Shown in pieces: positions 37,530-42,973 of a stretch of DNA of 42,973 nt (positions are counted from its first letter, which is position 1; the number at the start of each line of letters is the position of its first letter). This DNA comes from an uncultured Gemmatimonadota bacterium (GTDB lineage Bacteria; SM23-81; DAOVCL01). The notes under the pieces were generated by a model. That model did not search any database and was not told the origin of the DNA. It worked only from the letters and a program-made list of their open reading frames with translations. The stretch spans positions 1-42,973 of the forward strand of contig CAZVGK010000029.1 of assembly GCA_964626665.1 (NCBI GenBank). Direction: 5' to 3'. Position numbers and translations under genes: made by a program.

Positions 37530-40500
37530 CTACCTCTTCCCCCTACCCGGGGTTCCTCCTACCTCGTTGCTTCCCGCCGAAAGTCCCCCCTGATCATAGA
37601 CAAAGACGCGATAGAAATATTCTTGTCCCGTATTTAGCCTGTTGTCCAGATACTCGGTTGTCTCCCTAAGGTTTATGATGTAGATGGGGGCGACGGTAGT
37701 GTCCACCGGGCTGGAGTCAGAACGGAAGATGCGATAGGTGGCAAAGTCCTCATCCTGATTCTCCGACCAGCTTAGCCTTAAGGTGATGCTGTCCTCAACT
37801 ACCGGTTGCGCTAAGACTACTGGTTGCGGAGGAAGGTTCTCTAAGGTCTTCCCGCTTACCTCGTTGCTCCCAGAGGAGAGACCATCCCGATCCCAAACGA
37901 ATATGCGATAGTAGTAGGTGGAATTTTCTTCAAGGTTGTGATCAACCCAGGAGGTTACCTCCCTATTGGTGATGGTTGTATCCAAGAGCGAAAGGGAGTC
38001 GACCCCAGGGGAGGATGAACGGTAGATCCTATAGGCGGAGAAGTCCTGTTCCTGGGAGGAAGTCCAGCTCAAAGTCAGAGAGCTTTCCGTGGGATGAGAG
38101 GGGGAGAAGAGCTCCACCGGTTCAGGAGGTTGTGGGGGGAGGGTGGTCCCATTCACCTCATTGCTTTCCGAGGCTTTATCCCCCGTGTCTACCACATAAA
38201 CCCGGTAATAATAGGTGGTATTGGAAACAAGGTTAGTATCCTGATAGGTAGTCGATGTCCTCTCTGGAAGCTCCCCAACAAGCTGTGAGCCTGAGCTCAC
38301 TCCAGGGTAAAGGGAACGGTAGAGGTGGTAGGAGGAGAAATCATAGTTAGAGTTCTGGGTCCAGGAGAGAGTGAGGGAATTCTCTTGTTGGTCCTGGGGG
38401 GCAGAGAGGGAAACCTGCTGGGGGGCGCTGTTCTCCGTTGTTCCGCTTTCCTCATTGCTCCCCGCGGAGAGCCCTCCTTGGTCAAAGACATAGACCCGAT
38501 ACCAGTATTCCCTATTGTCCACCAGCCCACTGTCCACTAAGGTTGTATGGGAAGGGTCGGTTATCTCCCCGATGAGCTCGGAGGAGAGGTTCACTCCCGA
38601 GTAGCGCGAACGATACACTTGATAACTCTGAAAATCATCCTCCTCGTTCTTACCCCAGGAGAGGCCTAAGGATGCACTGTCCAGAACGGCGATCTCAGCT
38701 AAAATCACAGCCTCTGGGGAGCTGTTCTCGGTGGTAGCCGATACCTCATTGCTTCCCCTCCCATTTCCTCCCTGATCATAGACGAAGAGGCGGTAGTAAT
38801 AGGTCTTATTCCCATCAAGTCCGGTATCCTGATAGGTTGTTTGGAACTTTTCCCTTATTGTAACAGCCAGCCAGGAAGTCGAATCTACCCCTGAGGATGG
38901 GGAACGGAAGAGCCGGTAGGAGGAAAAATCCCTCTCCTCGCTCTGGCTCCAAGAGAGGTCGATTTGGGTTGCGGAGATGGGATTGGGCGAGTAGAGGACG
39001 ACTGGCTCAGGCGGCTCGTCTTGGTTTGTCCTCCCCTCCTCTTCATTGCTGCGGGCGGCTAGTCCTCCCTTGTCCCAGACATAGATCCGATAGTAATAAC
39101 TGGTGTTCTCATCCAGCCCGGTGTCCTGGTAGGCCGTGGTGGTCTGGCTGGTGATTGAAGTTACCAGTATGGAAGAGGAATCAACCCCAGAGCTTGGGGA
39201 ACGATAGAGGTTATAGGAGGCAAAATCTTCATCAGAGTTCTGGCTCCAGGAGAGGTTGAGCTGGGAGAAGGAACCGACAACGGGCGACGGGGGATAGAGG
39301 GTAACCGGTTCAGGGGGTTCGTCCTGCTTGGTAGTTCCCTTAACCTGGTTGCTGGCCGAGGAAAGTCCACTTTGATCAAAAACGTAGAGCCTATACCAGT
39401 AATCCGTATTCTCTTTAAGCTCTGTATCCTCAAAGGATGTGGTGGTCCTCTCGGTGATGGTGGTTACTAAGGTGGCTGTGGAGTCAACCCCAGGTTCCTC
39501 CGCGCGAAGGAGGATGTAGGAGGCGAAGTCTTCGGCCCCGGATAACGACCAGGAGAGATTTAGGGAAGTGGTGGAGTTTCCCACAGGGGTAGGTGGTCTC
39601 AGCTCCACTGGAGGGGGCGGGCTCTGAATGGTTACCGTCCCCTGCGCATTGATGGGGGTAGCCTGGTTCCCTGCTCGATCGGTGAAGTGACCAATTACCT
39701 TGGCCTGGATGACCTCCAGCCCCCCAGGGATGATGAAATCTGTGGAATAGGTTCCATCTCCCCTATCCTGGAGGATGATCCCTAGCTGCGCGGTCCCTAT
39801 ATCCATCGTTGCCTCCCCATCCGGTTCAGCGGCATCGAGCGTAAAGTGGATTGTATCCCCTGGGGCAAGCATTCTCCCTTGGGAACCTTCACTGACCATT
39901 TTTATGGAAGCCTGGGTATCCAGGGTTATTTTATCCAGGGCCGGTGTTGCTGTCTCCACCCCCTTGGAATCTTTAAACTTGGCGAATACAAATTTCTCCC
40001 CGTCCCCTTTGGTCAGAGTCCATTGCTTTTCCGGGGAGAAGGGCTCCCAGGAGCCATCAGTGAGTGTGGAGTCATTGGCCAGCATCATTAAGGAAGCCCC
40101 CTGAGGTGCCGTGATAATGAGGGAGACCTCTTGCTGGTTGGTGTATTCCTTTCCCCCCTCGATGAGGAGATCGTAGGCAGAGGGGGTGGCCGAGATCACA
40201 GAGGAACACTCCCCCTCGTAGCCCTTGAGGTTGTAAGCGGAGAGCTTGTAGAGATACTCCTGGTTGTTGAGCAAACCCGCATCAACAAAGAAGAGGTTGG
40301 AGGTCGAATCCCTCTTGAAAAACTTTCCCCTGGCCGAGTCCGCTCGATAGATATAGAAACCTCTCACCTCTTCCGTATCGCTCCAGGTCAGGTTTATCTC
40401 CCCATCTCCCACTGAGGCCTTGAGATCTTTGGGGGGAGAGGGAAAACTTACCTCGCTGGGGGTAAAAGCCTTGTGCCTCTTGCTGCACCCCCAGGCTAAG

Positions 40501-40535
40501 AGGGTAATCACTAATAAGGGCAAGATCCTCTTCAT
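37530..40535 (-). CDS. Fibronectin type III repeat lipoprotein (1001 aa)
   Basis: Lipobox LAWGC; ~8 FN3 units, seven tandem of the form LSWSQ...DF.SY..YRS...D..L..N..YYYR..V.D..G...SNE. Confidence 0.9.
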   Translation of the reverse strand: MKRILPLLVITLLAWGCSKRHKAFTPSEVSFPSPPKDLKASVGDGEINLTWSDTEEVRGFYIYRADSARGKFFKRDSTSNLFFVDAGLLNNQEYLYKLSAYNLKGYEGECSSVISATPSAYDLLIEGGKEYTNQQEVSLIITAPQGASLMMLANDSTLTDGSWEPFSPEKQWTLTKGDGEKFVFAKFKDSKGVETATPALDKITLDTQASIKMVSEGSQGRMLAPGDTIHFTLDAAEPDGEATMDIGTAQLGIILQDRGDGTYSTDFIIPGGLEVIQAKVIGHFTDRAGNQATPINAQGTVTIQSPPPPVELRPPTPVGNSTTSLNLSWSLSGAEDFASYILLRAEEPGVDSTATLVTTITERTTTSFEDTELKENTDYWYRLYVFDQSGLSSASNQVKGTTKQDEPPEPVTLYPPSPVVGSFSQLNLSWSQNSDEDFASYNLYRSPSSGVDSSSILVTSITSQTTTAYQDTGLDENTSYYYRIYVWDKGGLAARSNEEEGRTNQDEPPEPVVLYSPNPISATQIDLSWSQSEERDFSSYRLFRSPSSGVDSTSWLAVTIREKFQTTYQDTGLDGNKTYYYRLFVYDQGGNGRGSNEVSATTENSSPEAVILAEIAVLDSASLGLSWGKNEEDDFQSYQVYRSRYSGVNLSSELIGEITDPSHTTLVDSGLVDNREYWYRVYVFDQGGLSAGSNEESGTTENSAPQQVSLSAPQDQQENSLTLSWTQNSNYDFSSYHLYRSLYPGVSSGSQLVGELPERTSTTYQDTNLVSNTTYYYRVYVVDTGDKASESNEVNGTTLPPQPPEPVELFSPSHPTESSLTLSWTSSQEQDFSAYRIYRSSSPGVDSLSLLDTTITNREVTSWVDHNLEENSTYYYRIFVWDRDGLSSGSNEVSGKTLENLPPQPVVLAQPVVEDSITLRLSWSENQDEDFATYRIFRSDSSPVDTTVAPIYIINLRETTEYLDNRLNTGQEYFYRVFVYDQGGLSAGSNEVGGTPGRGKR

Positions 40536-40544
40536 CTCTTCTCC

Positions 40545-41264
40545 TTAGAAATTTATGGTTAGCCGCAACATAGGAACTCCCTTCTTTAAGCCTCCGGAGA
40601 TAACTGGCGTCCCCAGGTCATACTCCCCTTGCTGAAAGGAGGGGAAGAAGATAAGCGCATCTAAGATGTTGTATGCCCAGAGGGCTCCTGTTACCCAGAG
40701 AAGGGTGTTCCTTCGGTTGTAAGCATCATCGGCCTTATCCTCCCTGTCCAGGGCCTTTAGCCTGAGGGCGGATCTCTCCTCCACCCTCTTGGCCGCATCG
40801 TAATCCCTTAAGGTCTGTTTATAGCTGTCCACTGCCCGGTCGTATTGGGCATCTGCCACGATGGAGGAGAGGGTAAGTCCAATCATCGTCAGGCTGATCA
40901 TTCCCCCCTTAAAACTTTTGTTCAGGTAGTGCTGTCCCCATCCGGGGAAGAGGGTGGACCTCAGTGTGGCCTTAAACCTGGTCTTGGGGGATAGCCTAAT
41001 TAAAAGCGGCCCACTTCTCTTCCCCACTAAGTTGACCCTTTGGCTCCAATTCTCATAACCCCTTTTGCTGGCGGTAATCTTGTAGGTGCCCACCAACAGA
41101 TAGGGGACATTAAAAGGGGTCTTGCCCACAAATGTATGTTCCCCTTCCACATATACAGTGGCTCCTGGGGGGATAGAATTTACCGTTATCCCCTGGGGTT
41201 CAGAGGCCAGAGAGAGGGAAAAAAGAAAAGGGAAGATCACAAGGGTAAAGAGAATCTTCCTCAT
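40545..41264 (-). CDS. PEGA-domain protein with C-terminal DUF5683-like region
   Basis: Signal peptide; VNSIPPGATVYV...GKTP...GTYKITASKRGY; LRSTLFPGWGQHY; AGGAGG RBS. Confidence 0.8.
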   Translation of the reverse strand: MRKILFTLVIFPFLFSLSLASEPQGITVNSIPPGATVYVEGEHTFVGKTPFNVPYLLVGTYKITASKRGYENWSQRVNLVGKRSGPLLIRLSPKTRFKATLRSTLFPGWGQHYLNKSFKGGMISLTMIGLTLSSIVADAQYDRAVDSYKQTLRDYDAAKRVEERSALRLKALDREDKADDAYNRRNTLLWVTGALWAYNILDALIFFPSFQQGEYDLGTPVISGGLKKGVPMLRLTINF

Positions 41265-41399
41265 CTGGATTTATCCTCCTTTTTTGGGGTTAAATAGCTT
41301 TGCGGTTAGCCCTTCAAAGGGACCAGGGATAAGTAATTGTGTATTCGTCGGTCGTCAAGGATTTTTTTGGATTCCGGATAATTGCCTCCTGTCAGCCCT

Positions 41400-42317
41400 T
41401 TAATAGGCCCCCTTGCCCGTAATCAGGACCCCCACGGTGGAGAAGATAATCTTTAAATCCTTAATTAGAGAGCCGTTATGCACATAGTCAATGTCCAACT
41501 TGACCTTCTCTCTCACATCCTCTATCGAGGAGTCATACCCGCACTCTATCTGGGCCGGACCGGTTAGGCCGGGTTTGATGAGCAACCTGGCCGGATATTC
41601 GGGGACCTTTTCCCGCAGATCTTTCACAAAATGGGAACGCTCTGGCCGGGGTCCCACCAAGCTCATCTCCCCCTTTAAAACATTTAAAAATTGAGGGATC
41701 TCATCTATTCTCGTCTTCCGCAGGAACCTCCCTACCTTGGTGACCCGGGGGTCATTGGGGATAGCCCAGACGGGTCCACTCTTCTTCTCCGCATTCTCCC
41801 TCATAGTGCGGAATTTGTATAGATAAAAGGGAGATCCCCAAAGGTTTTCCCTCCTCCTTTCCTCCCTTCTCCTCTCTCCTCCATTGTGCACGGGGTTCCT
41901 CCTCCTGCCCCGCTGCCTCCTATTCCTACCTATCCTTTTCTGCTTGTAAAGAATGGGACCCGCAGAGTCTATCTTTATGGCCAGGGGGACAAAGACAAAG
42001 AAGGGAAGGGAGACGATCAAGCCGATTGAGGCGCCGAGCATATCGATCCCCCTCTTAATTAGGTTCCTCAGGGAACCCCTGATGACCAACGGGAATTGGC
42101 TCTTCCAGATCTCGTTAGGGCTGAAGATAAAGACAAAGAGGGAGGAGAAGAGAAAAAAGGGAGAAAACAAAATGGCCTTCGCTATGTGGCGGAATCTTTT
42201 GATGAAGGGGATGAACTTGGGTCTAAGTTCCCAGTAGAGGAACCCGGAGATATCCGCCTCAGCAACCAGGCCAGCTCCCTTTTCTCCCTCAAGTTCAGCT
42301 AACCCGCGGTTTTTCAT
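41400..42317 (-). CDS. Bacterial sugar transferase (initiating polyprenyl-phosphate glycosylphosphotransferase)
   Basis: KRGID, KFRTM, DPRVTKVGRFLRKTRIDEIPQFLNVLKGEMSLVGPRPE, KPGLTG. Confidence 0.92.
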   Translation of the reverse strand: MKNRGLAELEGEKGAGLVAEADISGFLYWELRPKFIPFIKRFRHIAKAILFSPFFLFSSLFVFIFSPNEIWKSQFPLVIRGSLRNLIKRGIDMLGASIGLIVSLPFFVFVPLAIKIDSAGPILYKQKRIGRNRRQRGRRRNPVHNGGERRREERRRENLWGSPFYLYKFRTMRENAEKKSGPVWAIPNDPRVTKVGRFLRKTRIDEIPQFLNVLKGEMSLVGPRPERSHFVKDLREKVPEYPARLLIKPGLTGPAQIECGYDSSIEDVREKVKLDIDYVHNGSLIKDLKIIFSTVGVLITGKGAY

Positions 42318-42360
42318 TGTACGCCTCCTAAAAGTTTTTGGTGGTTTACTCCCTTAGAGT

Positions 42361-42376
42361 TGCAAGGTATATGCCA
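42361..42376 (-). promoter_or_regulatory. Sigma54 -24/-12 promoter
   Basis: TGGCATATACCTTGCA on minus strand, ~45 nt upstream of sugar transferase. Confidence 0.72.
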
Positions 42377-42589
42377 AAGCAGGGGAGGAGAGGGGAAAAA
42401 ATTGAGAAGATGGGAGAAAAGGGGACATTAAGGAAGTGGGGTGAAGGAACTCCCTGTAAAGGTAGGTGGTTAGCTGATCTCATTCTTCAGATAAGCGAAG
42501 GATAATTGTATAAAGGTAAATGATTTGTTCCCTTTCCTTTATGCAACCCCCTGCATAATTTAGGTAGGTCATTGCAAGGGTTGTTTGAA

Positions 42590-42777
42590 GTCCCGACTTA
42601 GGTCGGGATTCAATCTTGACAGCGGAGCAATCCGAGCTATCGGAGGATTGCGGAGCGCCATAGGGCCGGTGAGGACCTCTCTGGAGAAGTTAGCGACCGC
42701 AAGGGAGCTAAGTTCTAAGAAGAGGTGGCAGAACCTCGCTGGGAGGGGAGTGCGTAGAGATCGCATGAATGCGACCC
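42590..42777. repeat. Hairpin cluster including half type A copy and degenerate GTAG REP
   Basis: tcccgacttaggtcggga; gaggtggcagaacc (42722); gtagagatcgcatgaatgcgaccc (42754-42777). Confidence 0.6.
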
Positions 42778-42870
42778 GAACCCTTTGTTCTTTCATTCAC
42801 CATCCTTGATAGGTTTCACCAAAAGGGTAACCTTATGGGTTTCTCCTGTTATTGGCCTAACAAAAATGGT

Positions 42871-42899
42871 TTGACAAAGGGGTTTCCCCTTGTTATTTT
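42871..42899 (+). promoter_or_regulatory. Putative sigma70 promoter for a divergent gene beyond the window
   Basis: TTGACA-17 nt-TATTTT with TGn extension. Confidence 0.45.
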
Positions 42900-42973
42900 G
42901 CTCTTGTTTTAAAATCTATTAAGAGGCTGTTTAAAAATAGAATTTTCGTCCTATGATCAGAGGTTCCCATCCG

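Noticed and set aside
41329-41358. Internal sigma70 promoter for the PEGA-prsKR genes
   Set aside because: TTGACG is present but the -10 (TACTTA) is weak; insufficient support
10921-42302. Numerous short antisense or alternate-frame ORFs within long genes
   Set aside because: They fully overlap well-supported CDSs and have no recognisable motifs

Overview
Bacterial chromosomal window, probably from an FCB-related or candidate lineage (inferred from a T9SS-type C-terminal domain, a PorV-like barrel and a PrsK/PrsR system). It has three blocks. (1) + strand 88-10259: a small DUF2283-like gene, a secondary chaperone operon (TPR, J-domain lacking HPD, GrpE, Hsp70), a TPR-TM-TPR protein and an ABC ATPase with two permeases. 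(2) - strand 28192-10386: a tightly coupled operon of secreted protein, 3218-aa repetitive T9SS-type surface protein, PorV-like barrel-TPR fusion, RsbW kinase-TM-HAMP-PP2C-HTH fusion, ParA, RHH-like partner, STAS-HTH and GAF-GGDEF. The phosphatase and the STAS protein both end in a related helical domain resembling the DNA-binding N-terminus of IS481-type transposases. This is the best candidate for an undescribed system. (3) - strand 42317-28966: sugar transferase, PEGA protein, FN3 lipoprotein, membrane protein, TPR lipoprotein, prsK, prsR, a degenerate GGDEF protein and two PEP-CTERM genes, with sigma54 promoters and TGT-N11-ACA boxes. Intergenic gaps hold several REP/MITE-like families, including a covarying GAG-hairpin family and a 154-bp MITE with an 8-bp target-site duplication. 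No rRNA, tRNA, CRISPR array or intact transposase was recognised. All family calls come from motif recognition by eye, not from database searches.
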